From assembly GCF_037902255.1 (NCBI RefSeq), contig NZ_CP147990.1, positions 450,001 through 482,000 on the forward strand: a stretch of DNA of 32,000 nt, in the 5' to 3' direction. This document shows, one piece after another, positions 24,911 to 32,000 of this stretch. Every line of letters begins with the position of its first letter. Position 1 is the stretch's first letter. The DNA is from Candidatus Electrothrix sp. GW3-4 (GTDB lineage: Bacteria; Desulfobacterota; Desulfobulbia; Desulfobulbales; Desulfobulbaceae). Below the pieces are notes generated by a model. The model saw only the letters and a list, made by a program, of their open reading frames with translations, did not search any database and had not been told where the DNA came from. Both the position numbers and the translations under genes were made by a program.

Positions 24911-25588
24911 TTATACACTGAAGGCCGTAACCAGCAATAAACCTTCCAAAGTTCCGGTCACTGCAACGCCCAGCATATAAGCTATTCCACGCCAGTATGA
25001 GCTATAACCGGCATTGATATATTGCACCTGATGCAATATTCGCGCACCGGCATATACGCAAAGAAGAAGAAAGACAGGTACAGGAAAAAATAAAGACAGC
25101 AGGACAGCATTAATACCAATCGGAGCCGCATTCTCCACAAAATTTTCCATACTGCGATTGGCTCTGTTATATCTTCCCACCAAACCGTCCATATTCATGA
25201 CAACAGCCTTCCGGGGCCCATCTTCAACTATCTTGTATATCTTCATGTTTGCCCGAAGATCTCCGGCGTCGGAGCGCATGGCTTTCTCCTTTTCCACCAT
25301 CGGAAAAAGATTCAAAAAAGCTGATAAACGGGAGAAAACAAAGGCTGTGAGCAACACCCATTGCCAATCAAGCTGCGCAAACGTCGAAACTCGGTTATTA
25401 TAATATGCTCCAGTATTCAATGAATGAATAAGAAGGGCAGAAGGAATCCCGAATATCAGCGGCGCTCCGAACCCTCCCAAGAAATTTCGCCAGCCTCTTT
25501 TTTTGCCCTGGCGAATTTCTGCCTCATCCATAGCTGGGAATTCTCCATCGTCGATTTCCTCGGAACTTTTATCCGCAGACATATTCAT
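24911..25588 (-). CDS. membrane protein, MAPEG-like C-terminal region
   Basis: Hydrophilic acidic N-terminus, then four or more TM segments. RANRSMENFVENAAPIGINAVLLSLFF ... YAGARILHQVQY resembles MAPEG motifs (R..N..EN...F ... R..H...Y). Start ambiguous (GTG 25594, ATG 25588 or 25582). Confidence 0.45.
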   Translation of the reverse strand: MNMSADKSSEEIDDGEFPAMDEAEIRQGKKRGWRNFLGGFGAPLIFGIPSALLIHSLNTGAYYNNRVSTFAQLDWQWVLLTAFVFSRLSAFLNLFPMVEKEKAMRSDAGDLRANMKIYKIVEDGPRKAVVMNMDGLVGRYNRANRSMENFVENAAPIGINAVLLSLFFPVPVFLLLCVYAGARILHQVQYINAGYSSYWRGIAYMLGVAVTGTLEGLLLVTAFSV

Positions 25589-25612
25589 TTTCACCTTTTT
25601 AACTGTTCGTAC

Positions 25613-25636
25613 AAAGGGGGACAGATTTATTTTTTT
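25613..25636 (+). repeat. REP-like element copy 1 (AAAGGGGGACAGATTTATTTTTTT) overlapping the RAYT stop
   Basis: Read directly; near-identical to 26324-26346. Confidence 0.75.
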
Positions 25637-26319
25637 CTTCCAGGTCGACCTTGCTTTTTATTTGATAGGCGAATTCCAAGCTTTTTTTCGATCTCTCCCC
25701 GAAACCGGTCGGTGCCGGTCAACTGCCCTCTCTGTACTGCTTCCCGTATCAGTTTGATTTCATGTTCCGGTACAGTACCGAAGACATATTTTTTATACGC
25801 TGTTTGCCTTTCCTGTTCAGTATCTCCTAAGGACAGATAAAATTGAGGCAGATCCACAACTGTGTCCCTTCTCCCGTAAACTTTAGCCCCATAGCTTGAC
25901 CATTGATATTGAGCAGGGTCAGTAACCATTCCGGCACGGAGAGGATTCAGTTCAATATAACGGCAGCAGGCTGGCAGATACTCTTGGGCAGATATTATGC
26001 TGGATTTATAGCGACCTTCCCATAAACTGCCTGAACGCTCTTCCCGTTTGTTGATATATCTCGTCTGTCGCCCGGCGACCCGCTTCATCAGGAGTGCAAG
26101 TGATCCTGGACTTCTCCCAGGGTCAACGATGAGGTGGACATGGTTGGTCATCAGGCAGTAGGCGTATATTCCACAGCCGAACTCCTGTTTAAAGACCGTA
26201 AGGTTCTCCAGATAATAATTATAATCGTCATCGGAAGTGAAAACGGCCTGACGATTATGTCCTCGTTGGACAATGTGGTGAGGGGTATGCGGAAGGACAA
26301 TTCGTGCTGATCGAGGCAT
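25627..26319 (-). CDS. rayT: REP-associated tyrosine transposase (RAYT) / IS200-like Y1 HUH transposase
   Basis: PHHIVQRGHNRQAVF, HUH motif in YCLMTNHVHLIV, and SGSLWEGRYKS with the catalytic Tyr context. Flanked by REP-like repeats. The ATG at 26319 is more likely than the track's TTG at 26325. Confidence 0.8.
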   Translation of the reverse strand: MPRSARIVLPHTPHHIVQRGHNRQAVFTSDDDYNYYLENLTVFKQEFGCGIYAYCLMTNHVHLIVDPGRSPGSLALLMKRVAGRQTRYINKREERSGSLWEGRYKSSIISAQEYLPACCRYIELNPLRAGMVTDPAQYQWSSYGAKVYGRRDTVVDLPQFYLSLGDTEQERQTAYKKYVFGTVPEHEIKLIREAVQRGQLTGTDRFRGEIEKKLGIRLSNKKQGRPGRKK

Positions 26320-26323
26320 TTTC

Positions 26324-26406
26324 AAAAGGGGACAGATTTATTTTTCTTGTCAAGGTAACCAGTTTTAAGCCAAAAGCCAAGTGGAAAATAAATCTGTCCC
26401 CTTTTG
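26324..26406. repeat. REP-like inverted pair (copies 2 and 3) forming a long hairpin 5 nt upstream of the RAYT start
   Basis: AAAAGGGGACAGATTTATTTTTC (26324-26346) and its inverted copy GAAAATAAATCTGTCCCCTTTTG (26384-26406), separated by 37 nt. Confidence 0.8.
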
Positions 26407-26495
26407 TCTAAACAGAATAATACATCATGTTGAAGTCGCACCCTTTCGACTGATACTATATGCGGACTTGGTTCTGATAATCCATTCCTTCAATC

Positions 26496-26524
26496 TTGAC
26501 AGTTACGCACCCTATATGTATGGT
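26496..26524 (+). promoter_or_regulatory. sigma70-like promoter of vapBC
   Basis: TTGACA (26496-26501), a 17-nt spacer, then TATGGT (26519-26524). A GAGGA RBS precedes the ATG at 26566. Confidence 0.45.
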
Positions 26525-26565
26525 TTAGATATGAACTATTACACATATAAAAATGAGGAAAAAGT

Positions 26566-26784
26566 ATGCGAACAACATTAAATATTGATGACTGTCTGTT
26601 TCAGGATGTGTTGAGCATAACCAAGGCGAAAAGTAAAACAGAGGCAGTCAGAACCGCCCTGACAGAATACTTACGAATGAAACGGAAAGAAAAGATACTG
26701 GCGATGCGCGGCAACGTGGATATTAGGGACTCGGAGACATTGCGTCAGGAAGAAATCAAGGAGTATGAGGAAGACAGGCAATGA
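26566..26784 (+). CDS. vapB: type II antitoxin, VapB family
   Basis: MRTTLNIDDCLFQDVLSITKAKSKTEAVRTALTEYLR is typical of the VapB (DUF2191-like) antitoxin N-terminus. ATGA overlap with the PIN gene. Confidence 0.8.
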   Translation: MRTTLNIDDCLFQDVLSITKAKSKTEAVRTALTEYLRMKRKEKILAMRGNVDIRDSETLRQEEIKEYEEDRQ

Positions 26785-27173
26785 ACGTGTTGATTGATAC
26801 GTCTGCCTGGATTGATTTTTTTCGGAATACTGGCGGGGCGGCAGGGGATTTGGTTGCGGAGCTGATCCGGCTTGATCAAGCGTATTTAACAGGGCCGGTT
26901 ATGGCTGAACTGTTTCATGGAGCCAGAGGTAAACGGGAAACAAAGGAGCTGGATGCTGTTTTTGCAACAATTCCAATTTTGGATGTCGGTCGTGAAGATT
27001 GGATCAAGACAGGAAGCATATTGCATGGCCTGCGCAAAAAAGGTCTGTCTGTTCCGTTAACTGATGTCTTGATAGCTTCTGTTGCTCTGCATAACAAGAT
27101 GACTGTCCTCACTCTGGATAAACATTTTCAGCATCTGCCGGTCGAATGCGTGAAAATTCAGGAGGAGAGGTAA
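26781..27173 (+). CDS. vapC: type II toxin, VapC PIN-domain ribonuclease
   Basis: LIDTSAWIDFFR (first acidic residue), ...AEL..G... and LTDVLIASVA...LTLDKHF are PIN-domain hallmarks; 130 aa. Confidence 0.85.
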   Translation: MNVLIDTSAWIDFFRNTGGAAGDLVAELIRLDQAYLTGPVMAELFHGARGKRETKELDAVFATIPILDVGREDWIKTGSILHGLRKKGLSVPLTDVLIASVALHNKMTVLTLDKHFQHLPVECVKIQEER

Positions 27174-27224
27174 TCCTGCCGGGATATGGTGGTGTATCCG
27201 GTTGGGCATATAACAATCTGGTTT

Positions 27225-27303
27225 GTCCGGGAAAACCGCATGCTCGGTTTGATGAGGGGATATCGAGGATCAAAGCAGGGTAAAGGTGGGCTGGCCCCGA
27301 TTT
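27225..27303 (+). repeat. about 79-bp repeat, copy A, directly 3' of vapBC
   Basis: GTCCGGGAAAACCGCATGCTCGGTTTGATGAGGGGATATCGAGGAT...AAAGGTGGGCTGGCCCCGATTT. Hand-aligned to copy B at about 40/46 plus 19/22 identities, with an 11-nt indel. Confidence 0.7.
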
Positions 27304-27396
27304 CCCGGCACTCCTTGCCTTCAGGGTGATATGATGATATAAAGAACCCATGATGCAGGATGAATATATTTGAATACATACCTGAGAGGTTATACC

Positions 27397-27636
27397 ATGA
27401 AGGCAACAACAATTCGTATGGAAGATGCTGTTCTGGAGCGTGTGGATTCTCTGGCAAAAGCTCTGAACAGGTCACGCACCTGGGTTGTCAATCAGGCTGT
27501 TCAGCGTTTTCTCGGTTATGAGGAATGGTTTATTCATGAAGTGAAATCTGGAATCCGGGAAGCTGAAAACGGCGACCTTGCGTCAGACAAAGAGGTGGCG
27601 GAACGCTTTGCCCGCTGGGGTGCGGATGCGGATTAG
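27397..27636 (+). CDS. ribbon-helix-helix (CopG/ParD-like) antitoxin
   Basis: MKATTIRMEDAVLERVDSLAKALNRSRTWVVNQAVQRFL is the RHH fold pattern. GAGAGG RBS lies 7 nt before ATG 27397 (the track ORF starts earlier at a non-ATG codon). Overlaps the parE start. Confidence 0.75.
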   Translation: MKATTIRMEDAVLERVDSLAKALNRSRTWVVNQAVQRFLGYEEWFIHEVKSGIREAENGDLASDKEVAERFARWGADAD

Positions 27637-27910
27637 ATGGACAAACAAGGCACTTGATAATCTGGATACCGCTGTGGAGTTCATTGCCGCAGACAATCCC
27701 GGAGCAGCGCAAAAGGTTGCCCGGACAATTCAGCAATCTGTACAGCTGCTTGCGGAACAGCCTGGAATCGGCAGGCCAGGACGGGTTGCGGGCACAAGAG
27801 AGCTGGCTATCAGCGGATTGCCGTATATTATTCCCTAGATAGAGCAGGACGGAAGCGTTATTATTCTGCGGATCATGCATGCCTCCATGAAATGGCCTGA
27901 GTCCTTTTAG
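27626..27910 (+). pseudogene. parE: ParE/RelE-family toxin with an in-frame amber codon (TAG at 27836-27838)
   Basis: MRIRWTNKALDNLDTAVEFIAADNPGAAQKVARTIQQSVQLLAEQPGIGRPGRVAGTRELAISGLPYIIP-TAG-IEQDGSVIILRIMHASMKWPESF. The same frame continues after the TAG to a stop at 27908-27910 and encodes the conserved ParE C-terminus (..ILRI.H....WP). Confidence 0.7.
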
Positions 27911-27950
27911 TCGTCAAGGATCAATCGAGTCTGACCCCATTTTTTGCCGT

Positions 27951-28018
27951 GTGCGGGAAAACTACACGCACGGTTTGATGAGGGGATATTGAGGATAAAG
28001 GTGGTCTGACCCCTATTT
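27951..28018 (+). repeat. about 68-bp repeat, copy B, directly 3' of the RHH/parE module
   Basis: GTGCGGGAAAACTACACGCACGGTTTGATGAGGGGATATTGAGGATAAAGGTGGTCTGACCCCTATTT. See copy A. Confidence 0.7.
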
Positions 28019-28205
28019 ACGTTGGATGACATGAACCGGTAGGCCTATGGGGGATATTCTCGGGAGTCGGGGTATTGTTTTTTCAATTTGGTTAGATGAA
28101 GTTATGTGGCTAAGTCTATGATTTATCGTATTTTAACGCAATGTTTAATTTTACTCCGATCCCTTGACCCCTTTTATTATTAATCCTGTATGAATCACCA
28201 CCCAT

Positions 28206-29294
28206 TTATCGATCACCCTTAAAGTGGGATGTCACATGTCGCATCAATCCTTCCAGAAATCCCAGTCCTAAGCCAACATGCACTGTAAATATAATTGTAG
28301 GTATCAAAAGAATCTTTGGGTTGTCCCTGACTCTAAGACATTTTACAAACTTAGCTTCCTCAACCCCAAGAAGAAGCACATACAGAATCATTGGGCACCA
28401 TAATAATAACGATGAAGAAAAAATCAACGAAATACTCATCAACGTTAGTAAATAAATCACAAATGCTGACGGCACTATGGTATCAATCGTTAATCGTTTC
28501 GAATGCTTAATAATAAACATTGCTCTTCCATGCCCATAACGAAACATTTGGCGATATACTGACGAGAGTGAATCACGAGGGTAATAGTTAACTGCCAGGT
28601 TAGAGGCGATATAACACTCAATCTCCTCTTTTTCTATACGATAGTTAAACTCATAATCTTCAGCAGCATCGAAATTTTCATCAAAATAACCAATCTTTTC
28701 AAAAATCTCTTTGTGATAAAAAACGGCACAGCTGATCGGACTTACCCACCCAGAAAAATCATCATAAATGTATGATTCTGGAGAATGAGCTAGGCGTGAG
28801 GACCTTGCAAGAGTGACAGCTTTTTGAAAATTAGATATATGGGGTGGTGTTAAGGGCTGCGGACGCCCAATCACCTTAGCGTCATTGGTAATGGCGGCGT
28901 TAGCATAATGTGATAGCATACTGTTAGTTGGTATATGTACATGCCCATCAATGAGTAAACAATAGTCACCCTTTGAATTGCGTATAGCAATATTGCGTGC
29001 TGCACTAGATAGTCGCTTTGGGTTTTCAAACAGTCTGATGTCTAAATCATTATGCTTGTGTTTAAAATCCTTGATTAATTCCCCTGTTCTATCCGTTGAC
29101 ATTCCATCAACAACAATTACCTCCATTCGGTCATGTGAATAATCCTGCTGATAAATTTGATCCAAGGTTTTCACAATAAATTTTTCCTCATTGTAAACAG
29201 GTATTATCACAGTAATAAAAGGATTCTCGCTATCCATTCGTAGTACCTTCTCCAAAATCCAGGGTAAAATATGCTCAATGACATTTTTCTGCAC
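28206..29294 (-). CDS. family-2 glycosyltransferase with a C-terminal membrane region
   Basis: ITVIIPVYNEEKFIVKTLDQIYQQDY...MEVIVVDGMSTDRT (GT2 N-terminus, DxD-type VVDG), ED in AAEDYEF, then three or four TM helices. The start may be ATG 29237 rather than GTG 29294. Confidence 0.85.
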   Translation of the reverse strand: MQKNVIEHILPWILEKVLRMDSENPFITVIIPVYNEEKFIVKTLDQIYQQDYSHDRMEVIVVDGMSTDRTGELIKDFKHKHNDLDIRLFENPKRLSSAARNIAIRNSKGDYCLLIDGHVHIPTNSMLSHYANAAITNDAKVIGRPQPLTPPHISNFQKAVTLARSSRLAHSPESYIYDDFSGWVSPISCAVFYHKEIFEKIGYFDENFDAAEDYEFNYRIEKEEIECYIASNLAVNYYPRDSLSSVYRQMFRYGHGRAMFIIKHSKRLTIDTIVPSAFVIYLLTLMSISLIFSSSLLLWCPMILYVLLLGVEEAKFVKCLRVRDNPKILLIPTIIFTVHVGLGLGFLEGLMRHVTSHFKGDR

Positions 29295-29436
29295 CGTAAA
29301 TGGCTGAGTTTACGTGTTGGCAAATTTACGCTAACGGTAATAGTCCTGAAGATGAGATTACAGTTTTTCCATTAATGCCCCAGAAACAGAATGAAACAAT
29401 TGATTCTGAATCAGGCATCACCACCTCATTGTAGGG

Positions 29437-30693
29437 CTACTCCCCACCAGAATACCTATCATAAGCAACTCCATCTTGAAAATGAAGCTGTGCTTTTTGC
29501 CACGCTTCATCCTGTAAGCCTGTAAGGTGGTCCCAATCATAACAAGCTGTAACTAGTGCATACCCCTCGTTTCCTATCATTCTTTGTTTTCTTTCGTCCC
29601 TTAAAATATCCAAAATAGCAGCAGCAAAATCATCAGGCAGATCGGCCAAGACAATATTCTTGCCATCAGTTATACTTAGTCCTTCTGCACCTATTGAGGT
29701 CGAAACAATCGGCTTGTGCATTGCCATAGCCTCAAGAATTTTCAGCCGAGAGCCTCCACCGATTCTCAGAGGAACAATACAAATTTTCGATCGTGCAATA
29801 AATTCTCTAACATCAGGCACACTACCAGTTACCTTAATTTGACTATTCTTCTCCCCATATTCCCTTATCTTAGCGGGAGGGTTTTTTCCAACAAGCCACA
29901 GCTCAATATCTGTGAGGGCTTCTTGCAGTATTGGAAAGATATTATTCACAAAATAATGGGCACCATCTTGATTGCTAAAGGTATCGAAAGAAGCAACAAA
30001 TATTATCCTATTTCCCTCAAGCTCTTCCCGTTGACCGATCTTGTTGTTTTCGTTATAGAATTCTAGATCAACTCCGTTGTCAACCAATGAAACCTTTCCA
30101 CCATATTCTTCAATTACTAATTTATCAGCTTCACTAACAGCAATACATCTATCGACCCTAGGATACCATTTTCTTTCAAGTTTTTCTATTCTTTTAGCCT
30201 GAACTCTCCCTAGCAATCGTTTGAAAATATTTGAGCCATTCAACGCAAACCTATACCAAATATCAGATTCAATATTATGGGCAGCTATTACAGTGGGAAA
30301 ATCGCCATATTCTTCGAGCAAAGGTGCTAGATTTGTCCACTCGCAATGAATAAGGTCGGGAGATAATCTACGCACAGCATTATGCATTCGCTCTTTAAAT
30401 GCTTTCGTGACATGATACTGCGTAGAAAAGGGTACCGATAAAAAAAAATTTATTATCACCTCCCAATAAAATTTAGTTGTCCATTTAGCAGTACGGACAT
30501 CAGGGACAGGTATCACATGGATACCGATTTCCTGAAAAATTTTAATTTTCTCGTTGTCTTTATTCTTGTCAACGTATGCTAGAAAATGTATTTCATGCCG
30601 ATTGGCAAGATTGGCTATCGTGTTAAAAGTACGAATTTTTTTTCCTGTTTCTAAAGGCCATGGCAACCATTCATCCACCACTAAAACTTTCAT
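29437..30693 (-). CDS. GT-B fold glycosyltransferase (GT4 / Glycos_transf_1-like)
   Basis: MKVLVVDEWLPWPLETGKKIRTFN N-terminus and a C-terminal sugar-donor domain (FVASFDTFSNQDG..., VPLRIGGGSRLKILEAMAMHKPIVST..GAEGL). GAGAGGAAG RBS. Confidence 0.85.
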   Translation of the reverse strand: MKVLVVDEWLPWPLETGKKIRTFNTIANLANRHEIHFLAYVDKNKDNEKIKIFQEIGIHVIPVPDVRTAKWTTKFYWEVIINFFLSVPFSTQYHVTKAFKERMHNAVRRLSPDLIHCEWTNLAPLLEEYGDFPTVIAAHNIESDIWYRFALNGSNIFKRLLGRVQAKRIEKLERKWYPRVDRCIAVSEADKLVIEEYGGKVSLVDNGVDLEFYNENNKIGQREELEGNRIIFVASFDTFSNQDGAHYFVNNIFPILQEALTDIELWLVGKNPPAKIREYGEKNSQIKVTGSVPDVREFIARSKICIVPLRIGGGSRLKILEAMAMHKPIVSTSIGAEGLSITDGKNIVLADLPDDFAAAILDILRDERKQRMIGNEGYALVTACYDWDHLTGLQDEAWQKAQLHFQDGVAYDRYSGGE

Positions 30694-31085
30694 TTACTCT
30701 TCCTCTCAATTTTTGCGGGTCACCCCGCTGAGTGAGATACGGCGGTTTTCTGGTTCGCCAACACTCTAAAGAGGCACCACCCAATTTTTGGTTATCAACT
30801 TAAGCCGGGACAGAAAATAAATTTAAAGAATAAAAAGGGCAGAGTAAAATTGATGGTTTCGTAAAAAGTCCAATTTTGCGAAAAATCGTGTTGTAACTCG
30901 ATAGTATAGGAATTTTCATTTTTTCGCCTTGATATCATTCATGTTTTTTTGAAGCCTTAGGCATTCGCTGTTTCAAGTCGTGAGCATGTCGGGGGACTAA
31001 AAACCCGCCCGTAGGGCGCTAAGTTCTTGAGTTGCCGTTAGCGAATTACTGTTTTCTGACTTTTTACCAGGCCATCAAAATTAAA

Positions 31086-31289
31086 TCAGATATCACGATT
31101 AGAATCATCAGCCTCCTTTTTTATTTGCCCCCCACAAGAACCGCAAACCACCCTACCACTCCGATGACACATCCCAGTCAACCCATGCGGCGATTTCCGC
31201 TGCCGTCGTTTACTGAAATTAATAATCAAAGCAGCAACAAGAATAACCATAAAACTAATCCCGAAAGTAAGCAAGAGAATCTTCATCAT
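31086..31289 (-). CDS. nqrM: (Na+)-NQR maturation protein NqrM-like small membrane protein
   Basis: 67 aa with one N-terminal TM helix, then a Cys motif (MC...VVCGSCGG). ATGA-overlapped with the nqrF stop, the usual position of nqrM. Confidence 0.6.
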   Translation of the reverse strand: MMKILLLTFGISFMVILVAALIINFSKRRQRKSPHGLTGMCHRSGRVVCGSCGGQIKKEADDSNRDI

Positions 31290-32000
31290 CCCCCGAACTC
31301 ATCCTTATAGATATTATCCTCTTCCACCCCCAGATCAATCAGCATCTTGACCAGAGATCGGGTCATCATCGGCGGGCCGCAGGTATAGTACTGGATATCC
31401 TCAGGTGCCTCGTGGTCCTTCAGATACTCCTCGTACAGGACATTATGGACATGCCCCACCGGTCCGGTCCACTTATCTTCCTCCTTGGGCCGGGACAGGC
31501 AGAGGTGAAAGGTGAAATTCGGATACTTTTCAGACAGCGCGGTAAAGTCGTCCAGGTAGGGAACCTCCAGCAGGGTACGGCTGCCGTACCAGTAGGATAT
31601 CTTGCGGTTGGAATGGCGTCCCTTCATCAGCTCCAGGATCTGGCTGCGCAGCGGGGCCATGCCTGCCCCGGCACCTACGTAGATCATCTCCTGCTTGCCT
31701 TCGTGGATGTAGAAATCCCCATAAGGCCCGGAGATGGTGACCTCATCGCCTGGTTTCAGGTTAAAGATATAAGAAGAAGCCTTGCCCGGAGGGGGTGGCT
31801 CTTCGCAGCCGCCGGGCGGACAGGCAATCTTGACATCCAGCTTGAGCAGGCCCTTCTCTCCAGGATAGTTGGCCATAGAGTAGGCCCTGGTGATGGGCAT
31901 GGTCACATTGGACTTGTACTGAAAAAGGCGGAACTTGCTCCAGTCAGACAGGAATTTTTTATTAATATCAAAGCTCTTAAAGGAGAGGGCATGGGGCGGG
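31286..32000 (-). CDS. nqrF: Na+-translocating NADH:quinone oxidoreductase subunit F, 5'-partial (continues beyond the window end)
   Basis: RAYSMANYPGEKG, PPGKASSYIFNLKPGDEVTISGPYGDFY (FAD site), MIYVGAGAGMAPLRS (NAD site) and C-terminal ...DEFGG. Hand translation shows the frame stays open from 31906 to nt 32000 (..FDINKKFLSDWSKFRLFQYKSNV..). Confidence 0.9.
   Translation of the reverse strand, partial: PPHALSFKSFDINKKFLSDWSKFRLFQYKSNVTMPITRAYSMANYPGEKGLLKLDVKIACPPGGCEEPPPPGKASSYIFNLKPGDEVTISGPYGDFYIHEGKQEMIYVGAGAGMAPLRSQILELMKGRHSNRKISYWYGSRTLLEVPYLDDFTALSEKYPNFTFHLCLSRPKEEDKWTGPVGHVHNVLYEEYLKDHEAPEDIQYYTCGPPMMTRSLVKMLIDLGVEEDNIYKDEFGG

Noticed and set aside
27201-28027. Integron attC interpretation of the repeats following the TA modules
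   Set aside because: GTTRRRY-like heptamers (GTTGGGC at 27201, GTTGGAT at 28021) occur, but this motif is expected by chance at this scale. I could not pair R''/L''-L'/R' boxes, and no integrase gene is present. The idea is kept only as a check in the findings.
31032-31310. 92-aa plus-strand ORF antisense to nqrM
   Set aside because: It is Pro/Thr/Asn/Ser-rich low-complexity sequence, opposite a small gene that is positionally and motif-wise consistent with nqrM.

Overview
The window looks like a bacterial chromosomal segment (no rRNA, tRNA or CRISPR seen) that mixes housekeeping genes with accessory modules. Housekeeping genes are the nqrF 3' part plus nqrM, a HIT hydrolase, a CDF transporter and a Lon-like protease. 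From left to right: a 5'-partial membrane protein; a secreted trypsin-like protease fused to an FGE-sulfatase domain; an overlapping operon of periplasmic binding protein, sensor kinase and REC-HisKA_3 kinase. Then a TonB-dependent receptor split by an intact IS630-family element with TA target duplication, followed by an unannotated 32-aa Cys-Cys peptide, an intrinsic terminator and a radical SAM/SPASM maturase (RiPP-like). Next comes a same-strand SF2 helicase, a second radical SAM/SPASM enzyme with no leader-recognition domain, and a membrane protein ending in a Gly/Cys repeat tail. Further right is an operon of Tat-lipoprotein, PqqD-like protein, HprK-like P-loop kinase and nucleotidyltransferase, then a GGCT plus MAPEG-like pair. 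A repeat-rich island holds a RAYT-type transposase with REP-like hairpins, vapBC, and an RHH antitoxin with a parE carrying an in-frame amber codon. The window ends with two AT-rich glycosyltransferases. The best candidates for an undescribed system are the helicase/rSAM/Gly-Cys-tail module (13.5-16.5 kb), the PqqD/HprK-like/NTase operon (20.7-24.0 kb) and the small-peptide rSAM locus (10.1-11.7 kb). All family assignments rest on motifs read by eye; no searches were run.
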